A stretch of 64,000 nt of DNA from the NCBI GenBank assembly GCA_038893355.1, contig JAWARQ010000002.1:64001-128000 (forward strand). Reading direction: 5' to 3'. The notes under the pieces were generated by a model. It was given only the letters and a program-made list of their open reading frames with translations. It was not told the origin of the DNA and did not search any database. Position 1 is the stretch's first letter. Each line of letters begins with the position of its first letter. The stretch comes from Sulfolobaceae archaeon. Lineage in GTDB: Archaea > Thermoproteota > Thermoprotei_A > Sulfolobales > Sulfolobaceae. Shown here piece by piece: positions 29,607 through 40,828 of this stretch. The position numbers and the translations under genes are program-made.

Positions 29607-31772
29607 AAGTTTAAGAATAAGTTCTGGCTTAACTGGCATAAGATTAATTACTTCACCTATTGCATCTTCTATAGCACTGACTATAGTTGGTGTTGATATT
29701 ATTGTTGGTAACTCTCCAATACCTTTAGAGCCTAATGGAGTAGCTGATCTTGCAAGAGATATAGGAGTCCACGAGACCTTAGGCATTTCATATGAAGTTA
29801 ATATTGCATAATCTGCTAAATTTGAGTTTACAAGTATACCGTTTTCATCATAAACAGCCTCCTCAAGTAATGCCTGCCCAATACCCTGGGCTATACCACC
29901 ATGCACTTGCCCTTCTGCTAATAATGGATTTACAACTACTCCCACGTCATCGAAAGCTTTATATTCTAATATTTTGACAAACCCAGTCTCCCTATCAACC
30001 TCTACTAATGCTAAATGAATCCCATATGGTGTAGTATAGTCTTTCATGACATAAACTGACGATTCCTCTGGCATAATCCCCATTCTTAATGCCTCTCTTG
30101 CAACCTTTCCTAAATCCATAGTATCTCCATTTCTTCTATTTATAAATTTCCCTTCTCTATATTCAACTTCATCTAAGCTTACACCAAACTTCTCAGAAGC
30201 AATCCTCTTCAATTTTTCTAAAAGTTTAACGGAGGCATCGTATACTGCAGAACCTCCTACTGTAAGAGTTCTACTACCTGCAGTAAGATAACCTTGTGAT
30301 ATTAATTCAGTATCTCCCCATAAAACCTCTATATTTTCTGGCGAAATATCGAAAACTTCAGCAGTAACTTGTGCAAAAGCAGTAGCATCTCCTTGCCCTT
30401 GTGGACCACCACCAGTTATAACTACTAATTTTCCATTAGGATTTACTCTAACCTTAGCAGTACCATAAGGACCAAAGGATGCTATTTCAATGGGAAATGC
30501 TATACCTAAACCTACTAATCTTCCCTTTTTCCTTAATTCGTCTCTATACTGCTTAAGCTCCTCATAAACAGACTTTACGCGATTCATGAACTCCTTATAT
30601 TCTCCGCTATCAATATAGATTCCTGTCGGCGTAGTATAATTATATACTCTATCTAGAGTATTTCTCTCCCTAATCTGCCATCTATCAATACCTAAGCTTC
30701 TTGCTATTATATCCATTAATCTTTCAGAGAAATATGCAGCCTCAGGCCTACCTGCACCTCTATATGCACCTATGAAGGTTTTATTCGTATTAACACCATA
30801 AACGTTAATTCTTACATTAGGAATATTATAGTGACTTACAATAAGTCTACCAGCTATATCACTCATCCAAAATGAGTCTTCATTAATAGCTGGATTTGGT
30901 GCACCTAAATCGTGTATAATGACCCCATCAATTCCTAAAATTCTACCATAAGAATCAACAGCAACCTTATACTTAAATTTCATGTCTCTACCATGATTAG
31001 TTGATATCATATCTTCTGTTCTAGTATTAAAGAATTTCACTGGCCTATTTAACATAACGGCAAGATATGCAATTACAAATTCTTCGGGATAAATAATTAT
31101 TTTACTACCAAAAGCTCCTCCAACAAAAGGTTGTATCACCCTAACTTCCCCAATACTGAAATGGCTAGCAATAACTTCTTCAATTTCTTTTTTTAATGAA
31201 AATGCGTCTTGAGTGCTACTCCATATCGTGAGCCTTTTCCCATCAAAGTGTGCTATTGCCCCTCTCGGTTCCATTGCGAGTGGAATGACGCGCTGATTCA
31301 CTAACGTACCACTAATTATCTTGTATGCCCTCGCAAAAGCAGATTCTACATCGCCATATTCAATTTTACTTTCTTTGAATATATTCGTTTGAAGATCTGA
31401 CCTAACTTTTGGAGAATTTTTATCCATAGCTCTTTCTGGGTCTAGAACTGGCTCTAGTGGCTCATATTCTACTTCAACTTGCTCAGCCAAATCTCTAGCC
31501 TTATACTCGTCATCAGCAACTACTACAGCAATAGGTTCCCCGAAATATGTTACTTCATCTTTTGCAAGACCAATTTCTACTGAAAAATCTTTTGCAGTAT
31601 AGCAACCGGAAGGGCAATTAGATATCTTGAATTTAGCATGTGCATATTTACTCCTTATAAAGACTGCATAAAGCATTCCTGGCAATGAAATGTCATTTAC
31701 ATAGTTTCCCTTACCCTTAATTAAAACAGGATCCTCAATAATTCTCTTAATCGGTTTTCCGATATATTTCAT
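29595..31772 (-). CDS. Xanthine dehydrogenase-family molybdoenzyme large subunit (CutA/CoxL-like)
   Basis: GGAFGSK, AYRGAGRPE, GQVHGG, KGIGE. Confidence 0.93.
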   Translation of the reverse strand: MKYIGKPIKRIIEDPVLIKGKGNYVNDISLPGMLYAVFIRSKYAHAKFKISNCPSGCYTAKDFSVEIGLAKDEVTYFGEPIAVVVADDEYKARDLAEQVEVEYEPLEPVLDPERAMDKNSPKVRSDLQTNIFKESKIEYGDVESAFARAYKIISGTLVNQRVIPLAMEPRGAIAHFDGKRLTIWSSTQDAFSLKKEIEEVIASHFSIGEVRVIQPFVGGAFGSKIIIYPEEFVIAYLAVMLNRPVKFFNTRTEDMISTNHGRDMKFKYKVAVDSYGRILGIDGVIIHDLGAPNPAINEDSFWMSDIAGRLIVSHYNIPNVRINVYGVNTNKTFIGAYRGAGRPEAAYFSERLMDIIARSLGIDRWQIRERNTLDRVYNYTTPTGIYIDSGEYKEFMNRVKSVYEELKQYRDELRKKGRLVGLGIAFPIEIASFGPYGTAKVRVNPNGKLVVITGGGPQGQGDATAFAQVTAEVFDISPENIEVLWGDTELISQGYLTAGSRTLTVGGSAVYDASVKLLEKLKRIASEKFGVSLDEVEYREGKFINRRNGDTMDLGKVAREALRMGIMPEESSVYVMKDYTTPYGIHLALVEVDRETGFVKILEYKAFDDVGVVVNPLLAEGQVHGGIAQGIGQALLEEAVYDENGILVNSNLADYAILTSYEMPKVSWTPISLARSATPLGSKGIGELPTIISTPTIVSAIEDAIGEVINLMPVKPELILKLLNK

Positions 31773-31841
31773 GCTACTAGCTGATAGTTCTAGATAATTA
31801 TAAATTCTACTTATAATCTACTATTAAAAGTACTAATTAGA

Positions 31842-32027
31842 ATGAGGAACAGTTTAAAGAAACTAAGTATAGGCATAATATTGTTAGTGATTGCACTAGT
31901 GACTGATATTGTATTCTCGTCTGTTATACCTAATTTGCTTGCATTGATAATTTCCTTATCCTTAGCTATAGCTGGTGCAATAATAGGTCTCAGAGGTCTA
32001 ATAGAATTCTTCTCAGAAGTATTATAG
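31842..32027 (+). CDS. Small two-TM membrane protein
   Basis: 61 aa with two hydrophobic helices; fills the intergenic gap. Confidence 0.65.
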   Translation: MRNSLKKLSIGIILLVIALVTDIVFSSVIPNLLALIISLSLAIAGAIIGLRGLIEFFSEVL

Positions 32028-33017
32028 TTAATAAAGCCAGCAGGCAACATAATGACCTTTCTTAACTTCCACTAGTTTAGGTTCTTCAAGTTTACATTTA
32101 TCTAATGCAAATGGACATCTTGGATAAAATCTACAACCGTTCTCAGGAATTATTAACTCGTCTTTTATCCTTATCCTTATTAACTCATTTCTCCTTTCTG
32201 GCCTAATTTTAGGATAAGCCTCAATTAATGCTTGAGTATAAGGATGAAGTGGATTGTTTATTAGCTCTTCTGTATCACCAATCTCTAATACTTTACCAGC
32301 ATACATAATTGCAATTCTATCCGAAATCACTTTTGCTACTGGAATTTCATGAGTTATTAGTAAGAAGGAAGTAGATTTCATATTTCTTATATTATCAATA
32401 ACCTTAAGTATTTCGCCTTTTAATGAAACGTCTAGCATTGTAACTGGCTCATCAGCAACTATATATTTTGGATCTAAAATTATAGCCCTTGCTATACTTA
32501 ATCTTTGCCGCTGACCACCAGAAAGTTGGAATACGTAATTATCCAGTAACTCTTCTGGTAATCCTACAATTTCCATCGCACTTCTAATCTTTTCATTTAC
32601 CTCCTCCTTCGATTTAATACCATGATATTGTAATGGAATTCTTAATGTATCATAAACTCTCATATATGGATCTATAGAGGAATAAGGATCTTGATAAACC
32701 ATTTGTAAATAACTTCTTAACTCTCTCCATTTTTTACCCTTAACTCTAGTGATATCTATCTCTTCATTCTCCATATATAAGATTACATTCCCTTGCGTAG
32801 GCTTGATTAAACCAATACTTGCTTTACCTAAAGTAGTTTTACCAGAACCACTTTCTCCAACTAATCCTAAAATTTCGCCCTTTCCGATTTCTAGATTCAC
32901 ACCATCTACAGCCTTAGTAATACTCTTTTTCGATAGAATTCCTCCCCTAGTAAAATATACTTTTAAATTCCTTATTTCTAAAAGTTTAGTAGAGCCAACA
33001 TGCAACTTCCTCACCAT
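32028..33017 (-). CDS. Oligopeptide ABC ATPase (OppF/DppF)
   Basis: GESGSGKT, LSGGQRQR, HPYT, CRFYPRC. Confidence 0.95.
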   Translation of the reverse strand: MVRKLHVGSTKLLEIRNLKVYFTRGGILSKKSITKAVDGVNLEIGKGEILGLVGESGSGKTTLGKASIGLIKPTQGNVILYMENEEIDITRVKGKKWRELRSYLQMVYQDPYSSIDPYMRVYDTLRIPLQYHGIKSKEEVNEKIRSAMEIVGLPEELLDNYVFQLSGGQRQRLSIARAIILDPKYIVADEPVTMLDVSLKGEILKVIDNIRNMKSTSFLLITHEIPVAKVISDRIAIMYAGKVLEIGDTEELINNPLHPYTQALIEAYPKIRPERRNELIRIRIKDELIIPENGCRFYPRCPFALDKCKLEEPKLVEVKKGHYVACWLY

Positions 33018-33927
33018 TGTTTAATTGCTTAAGTTTTGGCTCTTCCCTTTTACAAATATCCTTCACGAATGGACACCTTGGAAAGAATTTACAGCCTAAA
33101 GGAAGACTAGTTAAATCTGGCATATGACCGGGAATACCTTCTATTTTATCATTTTCTAAGGTTGGAATAGATTTAAGTAAAAGCTGAGTATAGGGATGCT
33201 TAGGATTCTTGTATATAATCTCTGAAGGTGAAGATTCCACAATCCTACCAGCATACATAATATATATCCTATCGGCCAATTCTGACATTAAAGCCAAATC
33301 ATGAGTAATAAAGATCATTGAAATTTCCAATTCTTTTCTAAGCGTCTTTAAAAGATTAATAATGTGAGCTTGTGTTATTACATCCAGGGCAGTTGTAGGC
33401 TCATCTGCTATTAATATCTCTGGATTTAGGGCTAAAGCCATTGCTATAAATGCCCTCTGCTTTTGTCCTCCAGAAAGCTCGTGAGGATACTTGTCAGCTA
33501 TTGAAGGATCCAGTCTTACCATCTTCAAAAGCTCTCTAACTCTTTCTTCATAATCACCTTTCCATCCATGGACTTCTAACACCTCCTTAATCTGGGCCCC
33601 TATTTTGTATACTGGTGTAAAGCCATTCATAGAGCCTTGGAAGACCATTGCTATCTTCTTCCACCTATATTTACTATTAAATTCATTTTCACTTAATTTA
33701 AGTAAATCTACACCATTATAAATTATCTCTCCACCAACTATCTTTCCTGGCGGTAAAATTAACCTCATTATTCCTAAACCAAAAGTACTTTTGCCAGATC
33801 CACTTTCCCCTGCTAGGCCAACTACTTCACCCTTCTCTAAATATAGGCTTACATTATCTACAGCCTTAATTATACCTCTTTTTAAATAATAATATATTTT
33901 TAAATTTTTCACTTCCAAAATTTTCAT
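32986..33927 (-). CDS. Oligopeptide ABC ATPase (OppD/DppD)
   Basis: GESGSGKS, YPHELSGGQ, DEPTTALD. Confidence 0.95.
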   Translation of the reverse strand: MKILEVKNLKIYYYLKRGIIKAVDNVSLYLEKGEVVGLAGESGSGKSTFGLGIMRLILPPGKIVGGEIIYNGVDLLKLSENEFNSKYRWKKIAMVFQGSMNGFTPVYKIGAQIKEVLEVHGWKGDYEERVRELLKMVRLDPSIADKYPHELSGGQKQRAFIAMALALNPEILIADEPTTALDVITQAHIINLLKTLRKELEISMIFITHDLALMSELADRIYIMYAGRIVESSPSEIIYKNPKHPYTQLLLKSIPTLENDKIEGIPGHMPDLTSLPLGCKFFPRCPFVKDICKREEPKLKQLNNGEEVACWLY

Positions 33928-35300
33928 TATCTACCACCATATATAATTTTCTCTAAAGCAAGACCTACTAATACAAAAGGTAAAGAGACAATAACTATGG
34001 CTGCACCAGGGAATACGATCCACCACCACCAACCATTTACTGCAGCTTGATAAGCTTCAGCATCACTTAATATCTTTCCCCAAGTTATAATACCTGCAGG
34101 CTCAATTCCAATAAAAGCTAAAGTTTGTGATAATATTATTGCAGCAGGAATACCTAGTGCCATATACGCAGTAGCAAAAGGAATAAGCCTTGGAATAAAG
34201 TGAGTAAAAAATATCCTTCTTGCTGGGATTCCAAGTACCTTATCAGCCTCTACAAACGTTTGAGATCTAATTGATAGTGCCGTAGATCTCGCTATTATTG
34301 CATAAAAGGGCCATGATAAGAAAGCTATAAGTAAAGATTCTATTATAAGATCTGGTTTATACACAAATGAAACAGCAACTAAAAAAGGAAGTGCAGGTAA
34401 TGCTAGGAAGACTAAGATAACCCACTGAATTACATCATCCTTCTTACCGCCTAAATATCCAGATATACCACCAACCAAAACACCAATGACTACAGATACT
34501 ACAGACGTAAGGGAACCAATTAATAATGCAGGCCCCAATCCTATTAATATTCCTAGGTCTATAGGTCTTCCAAAGAAGTCGGTACCCATAAGACCGTATG
34601 CAGTTCCTACTAATATTATCTTATTTTGAATGGTGGATAATGGAGTAGTAGAAGTTATAATAATTTCAATATTATAATTACCTTTCTGAACAGGGTTATC
34701 TAGTAAACTTTTTCCATCTTGATTAAATAATGCCTTAGCTAGGGTTTGTGTTAAAACGTAAGTAGGAGTGCTTCCAGTTTCTTCGCTAATAAAGTTTACT
34801 ATAGTAGATTGGACGGAAATTAGATCAAATTGAGTATTAAAGAGGTTAGGAGGAACATTAATCGTTAAATTATTACCAGAAGGCTTTATCCACGTAATAG
34901 AAATCGTAGAAGGTGATGAATTGAATTTCAGAATGAAATATACGTCAGATGGTGGTACATCTTTATCCCAATTAAAGTTAAAGTTATCAATATAAATATA
35001 AATAGTTTGATTCGAAGATATAGGTATAATTTGAAATAGTCTAAAATTACCATAAATTTCTTGTGAAGAGAAATAAACTGAGGGATTAAACAGAGAGTAC
35101 CAGATTGGAGGGGCAGACTGAGGATTAGTAAGAAAACCAGTACCACTTAGCCATTCAGAATACAAAGTTGGGGGAACTACTATTGAAGATAATAATGAGA
35201 TGATAAAAAAGATTATTATCAAGATTATACCAGCCTTACCCATCTTAGACCTCCATAATTCTCTTAGATAATATCTCATTCCAAATGACTTGTAGGACAT
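33927..35300 (-). CDS. Oligopeptide ABC permease (OppC/DppC)
   Basis: MGTDFFGR, FVEA..LG EAA loop, WWWIVFPG. Confidence 0.93.
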   Translation of the reverse strand: MSYKSFGMRYYLRELWRSKMGKAGIILIIIFFIISLLSSIVVPPTLYSEWLSGTGFLTNPQSAPPIWYSLFNPSVYFSSQEIYGNFRLFQIIPISSNQTIYIYIDNFNFNWDKDVPPSDVYFILKFNSSPSTISITWIKPSGNNLTINVPPNLFNTQFDLISVQSTIVNFISEETGSTPTYVLTQTLAKALFNQDGKSLLDNPVQKGNYNIEIIITSTTPLSTIQNKIILVGTAYGLMGTDFFGRPIDLGILIGLGPALLIGSLTSVVSVVIGVLVGGISGYLGGKKDDVIQWVILVFLALPALPFLVAVSFVYKPDLIIESLLIAFLSWPFYAIIARSTALSIRSQTFVEADKVLGIPARRIFFTHFIPRLIPFATAYMALGIPAAIILSQTLAFIGIEPAGIITWGKILSDAEAYQAAVNGWWWWIVFPGAAIVIVSLPFVLVGLALEKIIYGGR

Positions 35301-35302
35301 TG

Positions 35303-36355
35303 TTACTCACTCACTTTAGTCCTAGGATCTAACAATCCATATATTAATTCTCCTATGAAGAGTCCTATTAATAAGACGATAGTAAGAACATAAGCTAATG
35401 CTAATATCACTGGTAAATCTTGCTGCTGTACTGCGAGATAAGTTAATAATCCTACGCCAGGCCATAAGAATACTATTTCCGTAACGATACCACCTGCAAA
35501 AGAACCAGCAATTGCTAATATAGCCTGAGTAGCTATAGGCGGAGATGCCGTCCTTAAAACATGCCTATATATTATCCTTCTCTCTGGTAAGCCCCTAGCT
35601 TTCGCTGTTAAGGTAAAATCTTCTTTCATAACGGATAGTACTAATCCTCTAACTACGTAAGCAAATCCACCAACATTTATTATAAAGAATGTTATTAAAG
35701 GTAGAATAAGATGATAAAGAACATCTAAAGTATAATTTAGTGGATCTTTAGGAGGAGGTATAGAATTCATTCCCCCTGGAGGGAATATCCTAACTCCATA
35801 AGCTAACGCCGCTATTAATACAAAACCAAGCCACCATGTAGGAATGCTATTATGTATAATCGCAATTGGTGGTAATATTTTATCCCAGATTGAACCAGAG
35901 TACCTAGCAGCTAACAATCCAATAATAGTTCCCGCAAAAATTACAAGTAAAGTACCAGTCGTAAAAAGTAATATTGTATTAGGAAGATAAGCCATTATAA
36001 TATCAGCTACAGAGCTTGAACCTTGAGGAGTTGTTAAGAAGTAAGATTTTCCAAAGTTAAATGTAAGTAAATTTTTCATTTGGATGAAATATTGAGATAG
36101 AATGGGTTGATTAACACCATATGCCTCATACAGACTTTCCTTATATTTTTGTATACTTTCAACTATTTCTTGTTGTGATAAACCCTTTGCATGGGTAGCT
36201 AAATAAGCTTGATATTGCTGAACATCATTATTTATATTATTAATCAATATTTGTTGTAAAACTGGATAAGTGAAAATATATAAAATTGTAATTGTAGCAA
36301 TAAGAACTGAAAAATAAATAATTGCCTTTTTAACAAGAAATTTTATATAACCCAT
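35303..36355 (-). CDS. Oligopeptide ABC permease (OppB/DppB)
   Basis: AKARGL, EIVFLWPGVG, LDPR. Confidence 0.94.
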   Translation of the reverse strand: MGYIKFLVKKAIIYFSVLIATITILYIFTYPVLQQILINNINNDVQQYQAYLATHAKGLSQQEIVESIQKYKESLYEAYGVNQPILSQYFIQMKNLLTFNFGKSYFLTTPQGSSSVADIIMAYLPNTILLFTTGTLLVIFAGTIIGLLAARYSGSIWDKILPPIAIIHNSIPTWWLGFVLIAALAYGVRIFPPGGMNSIPPPKDPLNYTLDVLYHLILPLITFFIINVGGFAYVVRGLVLSVMKEDFTLTAKARGLPERRIIYRHVLRTASPPIATQAILAIAGSFAGGIVTEIVFLWPGVGLLTYLAVQQQDLPVILALAYVLTIVLLIGLFIGELIYGLLDPRTKVSE

Positions 36356-36356
36356 C

Positions 36357-38993
36357 TTACCTCCTCCTAAGAAGTATTACGGCTATAATTATTATTATAA
36401 TTATAACTACTACTGCTATTATAATAGAAGTACTTATCCCACCGCCAGCAGATGTAGTTGTAGTTGTTGGTAGAGATGGAGGAGTCGTTAAAGTAGTTGT
36501 AGTTGGAAGTGTAGTGGTTGTAGTCATTGTAGTTGTTGGTGGAGGAGTAACTATAGTTGAGTACATATAAGGATATACTAATACACTATCCTGCGTATAA
36601 GCATACATTATTAGATTATATCTTCCTGCCGGCAATTGAGATGGTATCTTAAGGCTAAATGAACCATCACTACCAGTATTTGTAATTAAGGTGGATAACA
36701 CTTTTCCTGCAGATGTAATTTGAATTACTACAGTAACATTAGGTGCTGGTGAAGAGGTTGATGAACCCATTAGTGTCTGCAATACTTTCCCTGATATGCT
36801 ACTTCCTGCAGAAATTACACTTGGAATAGAAATACTTATACTGAATAATCTACCTGGCTTAGTAATAACATCTGGTACGTTCATGGCAAAATACGGGCTC
36901 TTAACTAAAACTGCCTGTGGCGGTGAAAGTTGTGGAGAGTACTGAGATAATATGTATGGACCAGAACCTATTAATGCATGACCATATTGCTTTATAAAGG
37001 ATATAGCAGCAGAATATTCTGCTTTTGCAGTAGAATTATCAATTAAGGTAATCCCACTTAATTTCTGTGCATCTAATAACGGTTTAGGTATATAAGGTAT
37101 TGACGAGTAATTCCCTAAAGCATATAATATTAATTTGACATGTTGAGGATTAACTAAACTTAACCAATCAATACCTTTTGCTGCTGCTGTAGATCTGAAC
37201 CAGGCAGCCTTACCATCCTGAACAACCTTTTCCATTCCAACATAAAGCACCCAGGGCAGATTTCCACCCCATGGTAATGCATTGCCTAATGGAATAAAAC
37301 TACCTAGAGTATTGTAAGCTATGTAGTTTGGATCAAAATACCATACATTACTCCAGATTTCTATAGCTGTAGAATTTAATATCTTAAAACCTACTATTTG
37401 TTGTAAGGATGGAGCATAAACTGCATTTGCAGCACTTTCATAAACACCACTTGCATTATCTAATGCAACCCTAGCTGCAGCAATATATTGATATATAATG
37501 TCAGCTAAGGTCACGGGTTGACCATCCTGCCATTTTGTATTCTTAAGATAAGGCGAAAAGTCAAATATTATATCTGCCTTAGCCTTAACACCTTTTCCTA
37601 CAGTAGTAATTGTATGCGCAGAAACATTATAAATTAATGCATTAGAAGGAACACTTATTGATGGTGTTTGAGAATATGAAACAATCTTAAAAGTAAATCC
37701 GAATGGTATCGCATAACCATTAGAAGGAATTGTAGTAGTCATAGGAACAATAGTTCCTAATGCTATTTGATCTGTGTAAGCATCAGAGAATCCGCCCACT
37801 GGGTTCCAAGCACCTCTACTTAAGAATCTAACTCCAAATTTTGCTTCTCCAGTTGGCGAAGAAATTGTTAAATAACTTTGAAAGCCTAATAAACTGCCAA
37901 ATGCAAAATCTGGATTAACACCACTTAATTGAGGTGAAGCAAATACTGGTAAAATACTTTGAGCTATAAATACTCGTATAGAGGAATTGATACCTAAATC
38001 CACTAATTGGTTGAGTAATGAATCCCTTTCTGCCTTACTTGAATAATTATAGTTAATTAATTTCATTGCTACTAAATCAATTTTATTTATAGTTGAAATT
38101 AGAGAAGGTAATTCATACTTAGAATCATTATATGTACCCCAAGTTAATCCATAATAGTCTGTAGCTGGTAAGTTCCCTACTTGTGTAGAATACATATTTA
38201 TTGCTAAACCTTCGTCATAATAACTATAAACTCCACCCCAGGCTTCTACATATATATTCCATGTTGAATTAACTGGATCTGGACCATAAACTACGTCATA
38301 TGCCTTGGCTAAATCTCCCTCTATAGTTTGTACATTAAATCCTAATTTTTTAAGTTGCTGTACTAGATATAAACCAAATTGTTGCCTTACTGTATCATCA
38401 ATTCTTATAAATACATATATCGTTATTGGTTTATTTCCGTAATACCACATTCCATTTACTAACTTTGCGCCATGTGCAGTGAGGGTTTTGTATATCGTTA
38501 AGTTCGCATAAGTGAGGTTATAAGTTATGAATGAATACTTTCCAGTTGTATTAGCAACTACTATAGCATCCAATTCACCACCATAAGGAGATATTATTGG
38601 AATTCCATAACCACCTAATAATGTATTAACGAAATAGTTTCTATCTATTATGAAATTCATAGCAAACCTAACTTCTTGAAACATAAATGGGTTAAAGCCA
38701 AAACTAGTGTTTAACGGGTTCAGAACTATATCATATAAAGTTCCTGGAAATGGGTATGCTGATACGTTTTTCGGAAATGAGCCACCAAAAACATTAGGAG
38801 GAACTTGGAAAAGATATGCGTTAATATCTCCCTTAATGAATGCTGTAGCACCTGCTTGATCATTTCCTTGATATGATATAAACGTTATTTTATTTAACTT
38901 TGGGTAAGACTCTGCTATTGAAATTAGGGAAGGTATTAAGGACAGGACAAGGACTGCTAGTATTGCGAGACCAACTAGAGACTTATACTGCAT
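36357..38993 (-). CDS. ABC family-5 substrate-binding protein with Thr-rich linker and C-terminal anchor
   Basis: Signal peptide, VRFAMNFIIDR, WQDGQPVT, poly-T/P linker, TM helix ending RRR. Confidence 0.9.
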   Translation of the reverse strand: MQYKSLVGLAILAVLVLSLIPSLISIAESYPKLNKITFISYQGNDQAGATAFIKGDINAYLFQVPPNVFGGSFPKNVSAYPFPGTLYDIVLNPLNTSFGFNPFMFQEVRFAMNFIIDRNYFVNTLLGGYGIPIISPYGGELDAIVVANTTGKYSFITYNLTYANLTIYKTLTAHGAKLVNGMWYYGNKPITIYVFIRIDDTVRQQFGLYLVQQLKKLGFNVQTIEGDLAKAYDVVYGPDPVNSTWNIYVEAWGGVYSYYDEGLAINMYSTQVGNLPATDYYGLTWGTYNDSKYELPSLISTINKIDLVAMKLINYNYSSKAERDSLLNQLVDLGINSSIRVFIAQSILPVFASPQLSGVNPDFAFGSLLGFQSYLTISSPTGEAKFGVRFLSRGAWNPVGGFSDAYTDQIALGTIVPMTTTIPSNGYAIPFGFTFKIVSYSQTPSISVPSNALIYNVSAHTITTVGKGVKAKADIIFDFSPYLKNTKWQDGQPVTLADIIYQYIAAARVALDNASGVYESAANAVYAPSLQQIVGFKILNSTAIEIWSNVWYFDPNYIAYNTLGSFIPLGNALPWGGNLPWVLYVGMEKVVQDGKAAWFRSTAAAKGIDWLSLVNPQHVKLILYALGNYSSIPYIPKPLLDAQKLSGITLIDNSTAKAEYSAAISFIKQYGHALIGSGPYILSQYSPQLSPPQAVLVKSPYFAMNVPDVITKPGRLFSISISIPSVISAGSSISGKVLQTLMGSSTSSPAPNVTVVIQITSAGKVLSTLITNTGSDGSFSLKIPSQLPAGRYNLIMYAYTQDSVLVYPYMYSTIVTPPPTTTMTTTTTLPTTTTLTTPPSLPTTTTTSAGGGISTSIIIAVVVIIIIIIIAVILLRRR

Positions 38994-39152
38994 AAATAAT
39001 TTGATTCAGAAAACCTTAAAAAACTTACTTAAAGCTCATTTTAAGCTAAACACTAGAATAAATAACAATTATGATTGCCTAAATTGTATTTAATTTCATT
39101 ATATCACAATTATTATTTTTTAGCTTTATTTTATAAATAAAATTATTTTAAT

Positions 39153-39587
39153 TTAAAATTTTTTATTAACTACAATATCTAAAAGTAATTCCATAACTTC
39201 TTCATTCTTCTGATTTTTACCTACAATCTTAAGTAATACTTTGCCTCTTTTGCCCAAATCTTCCTTCTGTACTACTTCAACAGTAGCCCTTATCGTATCT
39301 CCTATCCTAACGGGCTTTTTAGCCTCCATTTCAAGCTTTCGTAAAGCTATAAAACCTTCACCGAATGGGTCTGAATTCAGTTGATAAGTTAACCCTACTA
39401 GAATCGAAGCTGTTAATAATCCAGGAGCTATTCTTCCCTCAAATCCTACTTTTCTAGCATATTCGTCACTTAAGAATAATGGATTTGTAGCCCCAGTATG
39501 TGTAGAGAATATAACTATATCTGCCTCAGTAATCATTCTCTCTTTAGTCTCCCATTTCTGACCAATTTGAAAATCTTCATAATACAT
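39153..39587 (-). CDS. MaoC-like dehydratase/hydrolase
   Basis: YYEDFQIG, ITEADI..F...TG..NPL, PVRIGDTI. Confidence 0.88.
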   Translation of the reverse strand: MYYEDFQIGQKWETKERMITEADIVIFSTHTGATNPLFLSDEYARKVGFEGRIAPGLLTASILVGLTYQLNSDPFGEGFIALRKLEMEAKKPVRIGDTIRATVEVVQKEDLGKRGKVLLKIVGKNQKNEEVMELLLDIVVNKKF

Positions 39588-39649
39588 GTTAGAGTAGTTC
39601 TAAAAGTCTTCTAATAAATTTATCCTTAAGTAATAAAATCTCCTTATTA

Positions 39650-40783
39650 TTAGCCTTTTGGTAAACCTAGTATTACCTCGCCAATAACATTTCTAAGTAT
39701 TTCAGAAGTACCACCAGCTATAGTTCTACCTCTTGATCCTAATAAACCAATTATCCAACTGTTAGGAAAGCCCTCTTCAATTACTAGAGCTTCAATTCCC
39801 ATATTCTTTACTGCCTCCTCATAAACTCTCTGTAAACTTTCTGAACCTTTAATTTTAATTGGAGTTATTTCCGGCCCTACATCATAACCCTTCTTGATTT
39901 TCTCTATTATTCTCTTATAGTAGCTTTTAACTGCATATATTTCTACTGCCAAATCTTTAATCTCCTCATGGTCAGCAGTAAATAACGATAATAGTTGCCT
40001 CATTACTCTTTCTGCTGCAAAAACTGTAGCTATTCCTACATTTAATCTTTCTCTATTTAGGGTACTCATTGCTATCTTCCAACCATCACCAATTTTTCCT
40101 ATCATATTTTCCTTAGGAACTTTAACTTTATCTAGATATACTATATTAAAATCAGCATTCCCAGTAATTTGTCTAATAGGTGAAACCTTAACGCCTTGAG
40201 ATTTCATATCTACTATTAACATTACTAGACCCTTATGTCTATCTGAAACACTACCAGTTCTGGCAAGTAGTAACATAAAATCAGCTACATGTGCAAAGCT
40301 GCTCCAGATTTTTTGACCAGAAACTTCAAAATACTCACCTTTATCTTCAGCTTTTGTTTGTATATTAGCTAAATCTGAGCCAGCAGTAGGTTCGGAAAAG
40401 CCTTGACACCATATTTCTTCAGCAGTTAATATCTTCTTTATATACCTCTTCTTTTGCTCCTCGGTACCATGAGCTAGAAGTGTTGGACCAACAACCGGTA
40501 TCCCTAGCCCTATACCATCATAAGGTACATTAAACTTAGCAAATTCCTCTCTAACTATTATCTCCTTAAAAGGATCCTCCCCCCAACCTCCATACTCTTT
40601 AGGCCAAGATATTCCTATAAAACCAGCTTCATAAGCCTTTCTTTGCCACCTCCTTACTAACTCAATATCAACCGAAAACCAACCACTAAACCAACCGCCA
40701 CTACTCATTCTAAGCTGCGGAGGGGCATTTTCTTCTAACCAATTCCTAACCTTCTCTCTAAACTTCTTATACTCGTCCATCAA
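39650..40783 (-). CDS. Acyl-CoA dehydrogenase
   Basis: WCQGFSEPTAGSDLA, GQKIWSS, IAGGTSEI. Confidence 0.94.
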   Translation of the reverse strand: MMDEYKKFREKVRNWLEENAPPQLRMSSGGWFSGWFSVDIELVRRWQRKAYEAGFIGISWPKEYGGWGEDPFKEIIVREEFAKFNVPYDGIGLGIPVVGPTLLAHGTEEQKKRYIKKILTAEEIWCQGFSEPTAGSDLANIQTKAEDKGEYFEVSGQKIWSSFAHVADFMLLLARTGSVSDRHKGLVMLIVDMKSQGVKVSPIRQITGNADFNIVYLDKVKVPKENMIGKIGDGWKIAMSTLNRERLNVGIATVFAAERVMRQLLSLFTADHEEIKDLAVEIYAVKSYYKRIIEKIKKGYDVGPEITPIKIKGSESLQRVYEEAVKNMGIEALVIEEGFPNSWIIGLLGSRGRTIAGGTSEILRNVIGEVILGLPKG

Positions 40784-40828
40784 GACATATATCTGAAAAA
40801 TTAAAATATAAGTTAAACCTTATAGTTA

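Noticed and set aside
36440-36560. GTAGTT-type tandem repeats
   Set aside because: They encode the Thr/Pro linker of the binding protein; not CRISPR
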